Below, one piece after another: positions 55,437 through 64,000 of a DNA stretch of 64,000 nucleotides. Position numbers and translations under genes: made by a program. Source of the DNA: an uncultured archaeon (GTDB lineage Archaea; Aenigmatarchaeota; Aenigmatarchaeia; Aenigmatarchaeales; Aenigmatarchaeaceae); contig CAZSPB010000002.1 in the NCBI GenBank assembly GCA_964608725.1, positions 31,234 to 95,233 on the forward strand, in the 5' to 3' direction. The stretch's first letter is position 1. Each line of letters starts with the position of its first letter. The notes beneath the pieces are model-generated. The model saw only the letters and a list, made by a program, of their open reading frames with translations, ran no database searches and was not told where the DNA came from.

Positions 55437-56579
55437 CTACCTCAAAATAACTGGAATACCAAGCTCACTCTCTGCTGCTTTTGCCATTTCTTCCTTTTGA
55501 ACAGGACCCAAAATGTAGGGTGATTTTACTCCTGTTATTATAGCAATAACTTGAACTTTTCCTGCATAATCTTGCAAAACTCTTGCACCCCATATTACTT
55601 GAGCATCTGGGCTCAATCTTTTTGAAATTAGCTCTCCTGCTTCATTTATTTCTGCTAATGTGCAATCTGGCCCACAAATTACATGAATCAAAGCACCTGC
55701 TGCTCCTGTATAATCAACCTCAAGCAATGGGTGATTCAAAGCTTTTAACACAGCGTCTTTAATTCTTTGTTGAGAATCGCTTTCTCCAATACAAATAGCT
55801 GAAACTCCTCCACACTTCATTATTGTTTTAACATCTGCAAAGTCTAAGTTAACTAAACTAGGTATTGTGATAGTTTCTGTTATTCCCTTAATCATCATTG
55901 ATATTAGTTCATCAGCTAAGGCGAAAGCTTGAGCTAATGGCATTGAACCTGCATATTCTAATAACTTCTGGTTTTCAATAACCACAACAGTATCTGTAAC
56001 TTGCCTAAGTTTTGATAAACCATCTTCTGCCTTTTGAATTCTGGTACCTTCCATCTTGAAAGGCATTGTTACTGCACCAACAACTATTGCTCCCAAACTT
56101 TTTGCTATTTCTGCAACTACAGGAGCTCCTCCTGTTCCTGTTCCACCACCCATTCCTGCTGTTATGAAAACTAAATCTGCCCCTTCTAAAAGTTGTTTAA
56201 TTTGAGTTCTTTGTTCTATTGCTGCCTTCTCTCCAATTTGAGGATAACCTCCAGCTCCAAGACCTTTAGTAGTATCTTTTCCAATTAACAATTTTTTATG
56301 AGCTTTAGTTATTGCAAGATGCTTTGCATCAGTATTCATTGCTATTATATCAGCGCCACTAACACCCATTTCAGTTAATCTTGTTACAGTATTACAACCT
56401 GCTCCACCAATACCGACAACCATTATTTTTGCTTTTCTCATTTGGATATCAAATTCTTCAGCAACTCTTGCCTCCCAATCAATATTTTCCATTTCTTCCA
56501 ACCTTCCTTGAACGCCGGGAGACAAGGCTTTTTCTGTTCCAAAACTTCTATTAAAAGCAGACCTAACTATACTTTCCAT
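55437..56579 (-). CDS. ftsZ: Cell division protein FtsZ, FtsZ2-like
   Basis: [36 protein letters not shown] and VIWGAR resemble archaeal FtsZ2. Confidence 0.95.
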   Translation of the reverse strand: MESIVRSAFNRSFGTEKALSPGVQGRLEEMENIDWEARVAEEFDIQMRKAKIMVVGIGGAGCNTVTRLTEMGVSGADIIAMNTDAKHLAITKAHKKLLIGKDTTKGLGAGGYPQIGEKAAIEQRTQIKQLLEGADLVFITAGMGGGTGTGGAPVVAEIAKSLGAIVVGAVTMPFKMEGTRIQKAEDGLSKLRQVTDTVVVIENQKLLEYAGSMPLAQAFALADELISMMIKGITETITIPSLVNLDFADVKTIMKCGGVSAICIGESDSQQRIKDAVLKALNHPLLEVDYTGAAGALIHVICGPDCTLAEINEAGELISKRLSPDAQVIWGARVLQDYAGKVQVIAIITGVKSPYILGPVQKEEMAKAAESELGIPVILR

Positions 56580-56628
56580 CCTTTCACCTCATTTAACGCT
56601 ACATGTTTTTTCGAAAATATATTTTTTG

Positions 56629-56745
56629 AACGCGAAATGCATTTATAACATCTCGCGTTATCTATTTTTAGAAGTAGATTATTTACACTATCACAAGAAA
56701 TTTCAAATTGTTACCTCCCCCAAGGTAACGTGAAGTTAACGTTAA
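56629..56745. promoter_or_regulatory. ftsZ upstream region with three dyads
   Basis: AACGCGAAATG/CATCTCGCGTT (56629-56659) around TTTATAA; GTTACCT/AGGTAAC (56710-56729); TTAACGTTAA (56736-56745). Confidence 0.55.
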
Positions 56746-56826
56746 AATTTTGTGCAATTAATTTTTTCTAAAGTTTTATTTATAAATTTATGTATAGTTA
56801 AAAGAATATTTTAAAGAACAATTTGA

Positions 56827-56982
56827 TCATTTGAAAATTGATTCCAATTTTTCTTCAATTTTCTTAAGTTCCCTTATTTCTCTATTTAAACAACCATCTT
56901 CAGATTTTGGTTCATAATGAGGACAGCTTCTCCCACAGTTTTTACACTTCTTCATTGGTTCATAAAGTAAATTATTTTCCAT
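56827..56982 (-). CDS. Small Cys-rich protein
   Basis: Not in the ORF track. 51 aa MENNLLYEPMKKCKNCGRSCPHYEPKSEDGCLNREIRELKKIEEKLESIFK*. GTGA SD 4 nt before the ATG. Confidence 0.6.
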   Translation of the reverse strand: MENNLLYEPMKKCKNCGRSCPHYEPKSEDGCLNREIRELKKIEEKLESIFK

Positions 56983-57082
56983 AAAATCACTTTAACTCTA
57001 ATATTAGAGTAAATTTACTATAAAAAGATTATGCTTAGAGAAAAAGAAAACTTTATATGTTATGAAAAATTACTTTTGTGTA

Positions 57083-57180
57083 GCCCAGGTAGCTCAATGG
57101 AAGAGCGGCTGATTAGTGTCGAAGCTGTTAACCATTGAGTAGAAACCAGCAGGTTGCAGGTTCGAATCCTGCCCTGGGCG
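57083..57180 (+). tRNA. tRNA-Asn(GTT) with two introns: 30/31 (57112-57123) and 37/38 (57131-57144)
   Basis: Acceptor GCCCAGG/CCTGGGC with G73; D arm GCTC/GAGC; T arm GCAGG-TTCGAAT-CCTGC. Removing both inserts gives GCTGG-CTGTTAA-CCAGC. Confidence 0.9.
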
Positions 57181-58362
57181 CTATTCTGCAATAGTATGTT
57201 GATAACTTAACAATTCTGGAGGTAATTCCATTCCTCTTTCTGTTAACCTTTCACAAATAGAAGCAGCTATAGGGCTTTGAGCAAAGGCCGAATAAACATA
57301 AAACCATCTAGGTGTTCCATCTCTCTTTTTCTCTTTGAAAAGAATAGAATAATCAGATGCTCTTTCTAGGGGTGAATTTTCAGTTCCAATCATAGAATAA
57401 ACTCTCACACCAAGATTCCTATAATCTTCTGCCCATTTAACTATTGAAGATCTTTCTTCTTTTGTCTCTCCAGGATATACTATTTTTCCTCCTGAAAATG
57501 AAGTGAATATTGCAACATCTTTTGCCCTTGGCCTTGGTGTGTTTGCTCCTCCTATCATATACACTTCATCACCAAGGAAATGCTTGATATGAGCTAACCT
57601 TATAGCAAGCATTTTAGAAACTTCACCTGCTACTATTCTTCCTGCACAAAATACATCAGCCCTACTTTCTATATCATTTATTAATGAAGAATACATATCT
57701 GAAGTAACAAATTCATCAACTACACTTCCTATTTTTGGAAGTTCTTCCTCCATTATATCAAAAAATCTTTGAGGTTCTGAATTTTCACAGAGCATTTGAC
57801 TAATACCTTGTAAGGTAACAAGACTTCCAAGCTCATAAATATCTTGCATTATTCCAACATCCCTATATTTTTCTAACTTTTCATTTTCACCTCTTCCCTT
57901 TAACTCAAGAACAACCCCATGTCTTTTTCCAATTTTTCCAATAGGAGAATCAGGCTTAGATGTTATAACATCTATAGTAAACTTATCTGTTTTTCTTTTC
58001 TCAATATAATTTTCTATTTGCCTAGTTATGCTTTTAGGCCCTTCTGTTTTGCCACTACCACTGTTAACTATCACACTTATTTTCTTATACTTTCTTTCTA
58101 ATTTTGGAGCTGCTTCATAAACAGTAGCACCTGGGAATCCTATATCTTCTTGAGTTATAATAGTCATATCGTTCCTATTCTTTGCAAGTTCACTTAAAGC
58201 TATTTTTAAAGCACATAATGACCTTCCAGCACCAACTGCAACCCAACAATCAGAAGAAGCTACGTCATAATAAAATTCTTCTAATTGTAAAGGATCAATA
58301 TCAAATATGTTATCTTTTATCTTATTAATATAACCTACTTCATTGCTTATTTTTTCTCTCAT
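57181..58362 (-). CDS. Tandem SIS-domain protein, 6-phospho-3-hexuloisomerase (HxlB/PHI)-like
   Basis: Two repeats: AVGAGRS..NSGSGKT..TSKPDSP and CAGR..KMLAIRLAH..VYMIG..TP..TSFSGG..ENSPL. Confidence 0.7.
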   Translation of the reverse strand: MREKISNEVGYINKIKDNIFDIDPLQLEEFYYDVASSDCWVAVGAGRSLCALKIALSELAKNRNDMTIITQEDIGFPGATVYEAAPKLERKYKKISVIVNSGSGKTEGPKSITRQIENYIEKRKTDKFTIDVITSKPDSPIGKIGKRHGVVLELKGRGENEKLEKYRDVGIMQDIYELGSLVTLQGISQMLCENSEPQRFFDIMEEELPKIGSVVDEFVTSDMYSSLINDIESRADVFCAGRIVAGEVSKMLAIRLAHIKHFLGDEVYMIGGANTPRPRAKDVAIFTSFSGGKIVYPGETKEERSSIVKWAEDYRNLGVRVYSMIGTENSPLERASDYSILFKEKKRDGTPRWFYVYSAFAQSPIAASICERLTERGMELPPELLSYQHTIAE

Positions 58363-58600
58363 TTAAAAGAGAATTGATACCAAAAGATAAATAGTTTTCC
58401 CATAATTTTAAATACTTTTTCAAAAAAGCTATTTATAGTGATAAAATGGGTGTTCGACAAAATAAGGTCTAAAGATGCTTTAGATTCTTTTAGTTTTATT
58501 GCTCTTTCTGATGAAAGAGAAAGAATTTTTATACCAGCTTTTAGGAAAAAATTAAAAATAAGGCCTAGCTCACCTTTTCTAGTAGAAAAAAGAATTAAAT

Positions 58601-59905
58601 ATGAAAAAGAAAAATAAGGATAGTGGTTTTATGGATTTTTTACATGTTAAAGATGTGCTTTCAAAAGAAAAAGAAGGAAAAGAAGTTAAGTTAAGAGGGT
58701 GGGTTTACAGGAAAAGAGAACAGAAAGATATAGTGTTTATAATTTTAAGAGATTCTACAGGGATAATTCAATTAACATGCAAAGATGAAGTGTTTAAGAT
58801 AGCTCAAAAAGCTACTATAGAATCTTCTATTCAAGTAAAAGGAATAGTTAAAGAAGATAAGAGAGCTCCAGGAGGTTTTGAAGTAGAAGTAAAAGAGCTT
58901 GAAATAGTTGGGTTAGCTGAAAGATTTCCAATAACTAGAGACAAAAGCGAAGAGTTTTTAAGAGATGTCAGGCACTTATGGATAAGATCTCAAAAAATGA
59001 CAAAAATTTTTAAGATAAGAAGCGAAGTTTTTTATGCTATTCATGAATTCTTTAGAAAAAGAGGATTCATAGAAGTTCAATCACCAAGTATAATAACAGC
59101 TGCTTGTGAAGGAGGAGCAACTTTATTCGAGATAAAATATTTTGATAAGAAAGCTTATTTAACACAAAGTTGGCAATTGTATGCTGAAGCTATGATTTAC
59201 TCTTTAGAAAAGATTTATACTATAGCTCCAAGTTTTAGGGCAGAAAAAAGTAAAACTTTTAGACATTTGGCCGAATACTGGCATGCTGAAGCAGAAGCAG
59301 CTTGGATGGATATGAAAAGTTGTATGAAACTTGCTGAAGATTTAGTATGTTTCATATGTGAAAAAATAGTTGAAAAGTGTAAAGAAGAATTGGAATTTTT
59401 TGGAAGAAAACCAAAAGATTTGTTAATAAAGCCTCCTTTTGAGAGAAAAAGCTATAGTGAAGCTATAGATATCCTGAAGAAAAAAGGTTTTAAAATAAAG
59501 TGGGGAGAAGACCTTGGAGCTGATGAAGAAAAAGCTTTAACTAAAGGTTATAAAAAACCTTTTTTTATTTACGGCTACCCTGTTAAATGTAAAGCTTTTT
59601 ATCATATGCCAGACCCAAAAGATCCAAAAATTACAAAATCTTTTGACTTACTAGCTCCAAGAGTTGGGGAAATAATAGGTGGTGGACAAAGAATTCATGA
59701 TAAAGCTCAATTAATCAAAAAAATAAAAGATTTTGGTTTAGATCCTAAAGATTATGAATGGTATATTGATTTAAGAAAGTATGGTAGTGTTCCTCATTCT
59801 GGGTTTGGTTTGGGTATAGAAAGACTAATAATGTGGATTATTGGCCTTCAGCATATAATGGATGCTATACCCTTTCCTAGAACAATAAGAAGGTATTATC
59901 CTTAA
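58601..59905 (+). CDS. asnS: Asparagine--tRNA ligase (probable start ATG 58631)
   Basis: OB fold LRDSTG, LTQSWQLY.E, FRAEKS.T.RHL.EYW, GEIIGGGQR and GSVPHSGFGLGIER motifs. Confidence 0.9.
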   Translation: MKKKNKDSGFMDFLHVKDVLSKEKEGKEVKLRGWVYRKREQKDIVFIILRDSTGIIQLTCKDEVFKIAQKATIESSIQVKGIVKEDKRAPGGFEVEVKELEIVGLAERFPITRDKSEEFLRDVRHLWIRSQKMTKIFKIRSEVFYAIHEFFRKRGFIEVQSPSIITAACEGGATLFEIKYFDKKAYLTQSWQLYAEAMIYSLEKIYTIAPSFRAEKSKTFRHLAEYWHAEAEAAWMDMKSCMKLAEDLVCFICEKIVEKCKEELEFFGRKPKDLLIKPPFERKSYSEAIDILKKKGFKIKWGEDLGADEEKALTKGYKKPFFIYGYPVKCKAFYHMPDPKDPKITKSFDLLAPRVGEIIGGGQRIHDKAQLIKKIKDFGLDPKDYEWYIDLRKYGSVPHSGFGLGIERLIMWIIGLQHIMDAIPFPRTIRRYYP

Positions 59906-59937
59906 TTTTAATTACTTTGGAAAAAAACTACTATTTG

Positions 59938-60009
59938 GGGCCTATAGCTTAATGGATAGAGCGACAGGCTTCGGACCTGTTGGTGAGGGTTCGAATCCCT
60001 CTAGGCCCA
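59938..60009 (+). tRNA. tRNA-Arg(TCG), intronless
   Basis: GGGCCTA/TAGGCCC acceptor, ACAGG-CTTCGGA-CCTGT anticodon arm, GAGGG-TTCGAAT-CCCTC T arm, A20 present. Confidence 0.95.
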
Positions 60010-60019
60010 TTGTGATAAA

Positions 60020-60361
60020 ATGGAAATAGAATCTTATTCATTTGGAAGAGTAGTGATAAATGGAAAGGTCTATGAAAAGGACTTAATAATTTTTCCCAGA
60101 AGAATTAAAGAGAATTGGTGGAGAAAAGAAGGTCATGAACTAAATCCTGAAGATATAAAAGAAGTATTAAAAGAGAAACCTAAGATGTTGATAGTAGGGA
60201 CAGGTGCTTACGGCCTTTTAAAAGTTAAAGAAGAAACAAAGAAAATTCTTGAAAGGAATAATATTAAACTCTTAGAATTAGAAACAAAAAAGGCTTGTGA
60301 GTTTTATAATAAATTGAAAGACAAAAATGGCGTTATCCTCGCGCTCCACCTGACTTGCTAG
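60020..60361 (+). CDS. Mth938-like domain protein (DUF498)
   Basis: IESYSFG...W...EGH...LIVGTGAYG...AC..YN...ALHLTC. Confidence 0.9.
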   Translation: MEIESYSFGRVVINGKVYEKDLIIFPRRIKENWWRKEGHELNPEDIKEVLKEKPKMLIVGTGAYGLLKVKEETKKILERNNIKLLELETKKACEFYNKLKDKNGVILALHLTC

Positions 60362-61184
60362 TTTTTTCTTTATATCTCAAGTTGGAAATTACAAACATAG
60401 TTGCTAAGAAAAAACTCCATAACATTACTGTAAATCCTAGGTTTTCCCACACTCTGAATAGTAAGAAAATAACAAAGTAAATGGTGAGAAAGGGTAATGA
60501 AGAGCCTAAAACTATTCCAAGCGGTAGTTTTTTGCCCTTGTTTTCACGCTTTTTCTCTTTTACTAATTCCTCCAAAGGTTTTGTGGATTCTATGTTAAAT
60601 ATTTTAAGCAATATAACGATTGGTTTCATAAAACCATAAACAACAGCTAAAGGATCTGCAACATTTGCAATAATATAGAAAAGAAAAGATGAAAGGAATC
60701 CCTTGTAAAAAGATTGTGGGGCTGGAAATATTATGAACCTTTCGAATGCTATAAAGAGCATTATGAATGCTGCAAAAATTATGATTATGAAGAAAGATAT
60801 TGACACTGCTCTTATAACTTCTCTCACATTAGGTTTCTTCAAAAACCAAGGCTGTTCTTGAAGTAAAAGGGCTTGAAACAGTGAGAATAACCCAACCATT
60901 GGCAAATAAAAGAAGAATAGAATGCCAAAGTTTGAAGAGTTTATATCTCCACTTAAATAAAGATAAGTTAATAGAGTTAGAAGCGATAAAATAAAAATGG
61001 TAGCTTTCATCTTATTCATCTTATAGTAAATTTTTAAAGTAAAAAAGATACTGAGAAGAAAAAATGACAAAAGCAACAAGGCTAATACTATTTCAGTTAG
61101 GATTAGAAGGGGTGTAATTATTATACTAACTATGATAAAAAAGATGAATAACAACGTGAATGAAATCTTTCTTCTCTTTCTCAT
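60333..61184 (-). CDS. Uncharacterised polytopic membrane protein
   Basis: 283 aa with about eight hydrophobic segments. Confidence 0.7.
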   Translation of the reverse strand: MRKRRKISFTLLFIFFIIVSIIITPLLILTEIVLALLLLSFFLLSIFFTLKIYYKMNKMKATIFILSLLTLLTYLYLSGDINSSNFGILFFFYLPMVGLFSLFQALLLQEQPWFLKKPNVREVIRAVSISFFIIIIFAAFIMLFIAFERFIIFPAPQSFYKGFLSSFLFYIIANVADPLAVVYGFMKPIVILLKIFNIESTKPLEELVKEKKRENKGKKLPLGIVLGSSLPFLTIYFVIFLLFRVWENLGFTVMLWSFFLATMFVISNLRYKEKTSKSGGARG

Positions 61185-61236
61185 ATTAGAATTTTATTTC
61201 TGTTATTTTTATCTTTAAGAATGACAAATAATCTTT

Positions 61237-62082
61237 ATGAGGTATGTCAGAAAAGATATTTTAAACCAAATATACAAAAAGAGAAATAAATGGATTCACA
61301 AGGGTCAATTTGGAAAGCTTGTTGTTATCTCTGGAAGCAAAAGACATACGGGTTCTCCTTGTTTTGTTGGTATGGCTGCTTATAGAGCTGGTTGCGACTT
61401 AGTTTACATAATAGCTCCTGAAAGAGCCGCAAACGTTGCTGCAAACTTTTCACCATGTTTGATAACTGAGCCTTTAAAAGGAGATAAGTTAACTAAAAAA
61501 CATGTGAAAAAAATAATTTCTTTAATTAAAGAAGTGAGAGCAACTTCAATAGCAATAGGCCCTGGATTATGGAGAGAAAAAGAAACGTTTAAAGCTATCT
61601 TGGATATAATAAAAAAAGTAAATTTACCTATGGTTATAGATGCTGATGCCATAAGAGCAATCTCAAAAAATAAAAATATTTTAAAAGGAAAAAGATGTGT
61701 CTTAACTCCTCATAAAAATGAATTTGAAGAATTTCTAGGTTTTAAAATAAAAACATTTAGAGAGAGGATAAAATTTGTGAAACAAGAAGCTAAAAAATGG
61801 GATTGTACAATTTTACTTAAAGGTCACATAGATATCATTTCTAATGGAAAAAAACTAGTTTTAAACAAAAGTGGAACACCTTTTATGACAAAAGGTGGTT
61901 GTGGAGATACTTTAACAGGAATATGCGGAGCTTTTTTAGCAAGGAATGTTGATAAATTCACTTCAGCTTGTGCAGCAGCTTACATAAATGGAAAAGCAGG
62001 AGAGTTAGCTTCAAAAAAGTACGGAGAGGGAATTTTACCTACTGATTTAATAGAATTCATACCGAAAATTATTAAAAATTAA
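61237..62082 (+). CDS. nnrD: ADP-dependent NAD(P)H-hydrate dehydratase
   Basis: HKGQFG, AYRAGCDLV, IGPGL, VIDADA, LTPH..EF and GGCGDTLTG motifs. Confidence 0.93.
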   Translation: MRYVRKDILNQIYKKRNKWIHKGQFGKLVVISGSKRHTGSPCFVGMAAYRAGCDLVYIIAPERAANVAANFSPCLITEPLKGDKLTKKHVKKIISLIKEVRATSIAIGPGLWREKETFKAILDIIKKVNLPMVIDADAIRAISKNKNILKGKRCVLTPHKNEFEEFLGFKIKTFRERIKFVKQEAKKWDCTILLKGHIDIISNGKKLVLNKSGTPFMTKGGCGDTLTGICGAFLARNVDKFTSACAAAYINGKAGELASKKYGEGILPTDLIEFIPKIIKN

Positions 62083-62098
62083 TATTCTTACTTCTTTT

Positions 62099-62335
62099 AT
62101 GAAAGAAGAATTAAGAAAGCATTTATTCAAAATGGTTCTCATTGCATCATCAAACGATATGGACTTATTACCAAATGAATATCAATTCAAAAAAAGTAAA
62201 ATGAATAATTGCAAGAATAAAGATTTTTGTGTTAATTACCTCTTGGAAGAATGGAAATTTAGATTCGTTAATTTTGCTGAAGGTTTTCTTGTAAGTCATG
62301 TTTGTGAAACTTGTAGATATTATGAGAAAGAATGA
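62099..62335 (+). CDS. Hypothetical small Cys-containing protein
   Basis: 78 aa with C-x5-C and C-terminal CETCRYY. Confidence 0.5.
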   Translation: MKEELRKHLFKMVLIASSNDMDLLPNEYQFKKSKMNNCKNKDFCVNYLLEEWKFRFVNFAEGFLVSHVCETCRYYEKE

Positions 62336-62808
62336 GCAAGTTTATCGCAATAAACCTTCACATTCATTTTAAAAGTTAAATCTTTTGATTCTTTATGTTC
62401 ATAAATATTATCTTTATCCAAAATGTGAATTATTTTATGGCCAAGTTTATACAATTCATTAGCAATATATTTTCTATGACAACGCCAAAAATATTTCTCA
62501 GCACACAAAATGACTGAAGTGTAATTATTAATTATGTTCAAAAGCTCTCCCAAAGCTTTTTTAAATTCTTCTGTTTGAGAGAATGTTTTATAACCTTCTT
62601 TTCTAAAACCTCCTAATTCAGGAAAATGAACATACTTAATACCATTCTTTTCTAATTCTTTCTCCAAGCTTTCTTTATTAAAGTGGGGAAATTTTTTACT
62701 GGAAGGAAACCTTCTTACATCAATAATTAATTCAATTTTATAATATTTCACTAAATCAATGAATTCTTCTAGACTTCTTGTGCTATGACCTAGAGTGTAA
62801 ATTAACAT
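62320..62808 (-). CDS. DUF488 family protein
   Basis: IYTLGHS, DVRRFP.S, ELGG.R and LCAE..WRCHR motifs. Confidence 0.92.
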   Translation of the reverse strand: MLIYTLGHSTRSLEEFIDLVKYYKIELIIDVRRFPSSKKFPHFNKESLEKELEKNGIKYVHFPELGGFRKEGYKTFSQTEEFKKALGELLNIINNYTSVILCAEKYFWRCHRKYIANELYKLGHKIIHILDKDNIYEHKESKDLTFKMNVKVYCDKLAHSFS

Positions 62809-62859
62809 AATTATTCTTTATATAACATAGTTAAAAACATTAATTCCAAAAATTTTAAT

Positions 62860-63117
62860 ATGAGAAAAGATGATCTTTTCTTCAATTTTCTAAGATCCCA
62901 GGATGCTGAGGCGCTAAAAAAATTGTTAGCAAACAAGTATGCGATAGCTCAAAAATTTTTGAAAAAAATGAATTATAATAATGCGAAAATAATACACTTC
63001 TTAGCAGAAGAGTATTGTGAAAACAATTGTAGCAATTCTTTGAATCCATTAGTAACTTGCTACGATTGTAAAATATGGAAAGTTAAAAATGAGGCTTTAA
63101 ATCTAATTGAGAAATAA
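62860..63117 (+). CDS. Hypothetical small Cys-containing protein
   Basis: 85 aa with CENNC ... CYDC. Confidence 0.5.
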   Translation: MRKDDLFFNFLRSQDAEALKKLLANKYAIAQKFLKKMNYNNAKIIHFLAEEYCENNCSNSLNPLVTCYDCKIWKVKNEALNLIEK

Positions 63118-63128
63118 ATTAGTATTAT

Positions 63129-63203
63129 GCCCCCATCGTCTAGCCCGGTTAAGGACACGAGCCTCTCGAGCTCGAAACGAGGGTTCAAATCCCTCTGGGG
63201 GCA
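63129..63203 (+). tRNA. tRNA-Glu(CTC), intronless
   Basis: GCCCCCA/TGGGGGC acceptor, CGAGC-CTCTCGA-GCTCG anticodon arm, GAGGG-TTCAAAT-CCCTC T arm. Confidence 0.95.
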
Positions 63204-63249
63204 TCTTTCTTAAAGTTAAGAACAAAAGTTTTAGAAATAAGTTTTAGTT

Positions 63250-64000
63250 ATGCTAAAAGTTGGTTTGATAGGTTGTGGAACTATAGGAAAAATTTTATCA
63301 AAAGCTGTTGATGAAAATCCTAAAATAAAAATGGAAACAATTTTTGATAAAGAAATGAAAAAAGCAGAAGAACTTTTTAAACAATTAAAAGAAAAACCAA
63401 AAATAGCAAAGAGTTTTGAAGATTTTTTAGAATATGAATGGGAATTAGCTATAGAAGCAGCGTCTCAAGAAGCTGTGAGAGATTACAGCGAAAAAATTCT
63501 TGAAAAAGGAGATTTAATGGTAATGAGTGTTGGAGCATTTAAAGATGAAAAATTTTTTGAAAAAGTTTACTCTAAGGCCGAAAAATACAATAGAAAAGTT
63601 TACATTCCAAGTGGAGCTATTGCAGGAATTGATGGCATTAAAGCCTCAAGTTCAGGAAAAATTTATGAAGTTAGTTTAAAAACTACTAAAAACCCCATTT
63701 CTCTTGGAAGAACTGACAAAAAAGCAAAATTGATATATGATGGTTATGCTGAGGAAGCTGCTCAGCTCTTCCCAAAAAATGTAAACGTGTGTGTTACTTT
63801 AAGTTTAGCTTCTCTTGGTCCAAAGAAAACAAAAGTAAAAATAATCTCAGATCCAAAAGTCAAGAAAAATATTCATGAAGTTTATGTGAGAGGTGAATTT
63901 GGAAATATTTATGTGAAAACAGAAAATTTGCCTTCACCTTCAAACCCAAAAACTTCTTATTTAGCGCCCTTTCAGCTATAAAAACTTTAGAAAAAATAGT
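63250..64000 (+). CDS. nadX: L-aspartate dehydrogenase with an apparent frameshift near the 3' end; the true end lies beyond the window
   Basis: GCGTIG, EAASQEAV, SGAIAGID, FPKNVNV and NPKTSYLA motifs. The conserved ALSAIKTLEKI continues in the -1 frame from about 63966. Confidence 0.9.

Noticed and set aside
58438-58617. Possible 59-codon GTG-start ORF upstream of asnS
   Set aside because: No SD or motif and it could be chance; left uncalled.
5236-61652. Many 60-200 aa ORFs in the track lying antisense to or inside real genes (e.g. 5420-5656, 6483-6764, 7164-7586, 24679-25032, 48659-49252)
   Set aside because: They are shadows of recognisable genes on the other strand or frame; F/L/S/I-rich and without motifs.
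57083-63203. tRNA-anchored integrated element (three tRNAs with orphan genes nearby)
   Set aside because: No integrase and no duplicated tRNA 3' end (att site) found by eye.
1-64000. CRISPR array, cas genes, IS elements, rRNA, retron or DGR components
   Set aside because: No regularly spaced repeats, transposase, reverse transcriptase or long GC-rich RNA region seen.
1-64000. CpG depletion as a separate signal
   Set aside because: It looks mild and is explained by AGA/AGG Arg codon preference; it cannot be quantified reliably by eye.

Overview
AT-rich, gene-dense archaeal chromosomal segment. The markers are archaeal: eIF2-alpha, Nop10, Rpo6, uS2, eL8/L7Ae, eS28, eL24, eL33/L35Ae, TFB, Hjc, ATP-dependent ligase and an FtsZ2-type protein. 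The K/E/I-rich proteome and many short orphan ORFs suggest a thermophilic DPANN (Aenigmarchaeota-like) organism, but that placement is inference. The window holds about 70 CDS and four tRNAs: Cys-GCA, Asn-GTT, Arg-TCG and Glu-CTC. No rRNA, CRISPR array, transposase or integrase was seen. Metabolic content is rich for such a lineage: class II RNR plus CobO, an IOR/aminotransferase operon, an IscS-IscU-ferredoxin operon, archaeal mevalonate pathway enzymes (PMDh large and small subunits, UbiD-type decarboxylase, IDI-2), an AsnRS-like asparagine synthetase, NadX and NnrD. Most notable observations: (1) A 31-41 kb isoprenoid-lipid locus. A UbiA prenyltransferase, an FAD oxidoreductase and an array of geranylgeranyl-reductase paralogs (two intact, one split at an A7 run, one decayed) are bracketed by Roadblock-FIST and KaiC-like signalling genes. 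Three of the paralogs share 46-53 bp of perfectly identical DNA in direct and inverted orientation. (2) Non-canonical 30/31 tRNA introns of similar sequence in tRNA-Cys and tRNA-Asn; tRNA-Asn also has a second intron at 37/38. (3) A membrane-anchored wHTH regulator upstream of a Cys-repeat secreted protein, with a tandem-repeat operator around that gene's TATA box. (4) A six-gene block of unknown function at 42-47 kb. Several single-base lesions (dodecin ATC start, GGR A7 run, nadX 3' end) could be biological or assembly errors. All family assignments come from motif recognition by eye; no searches were run.
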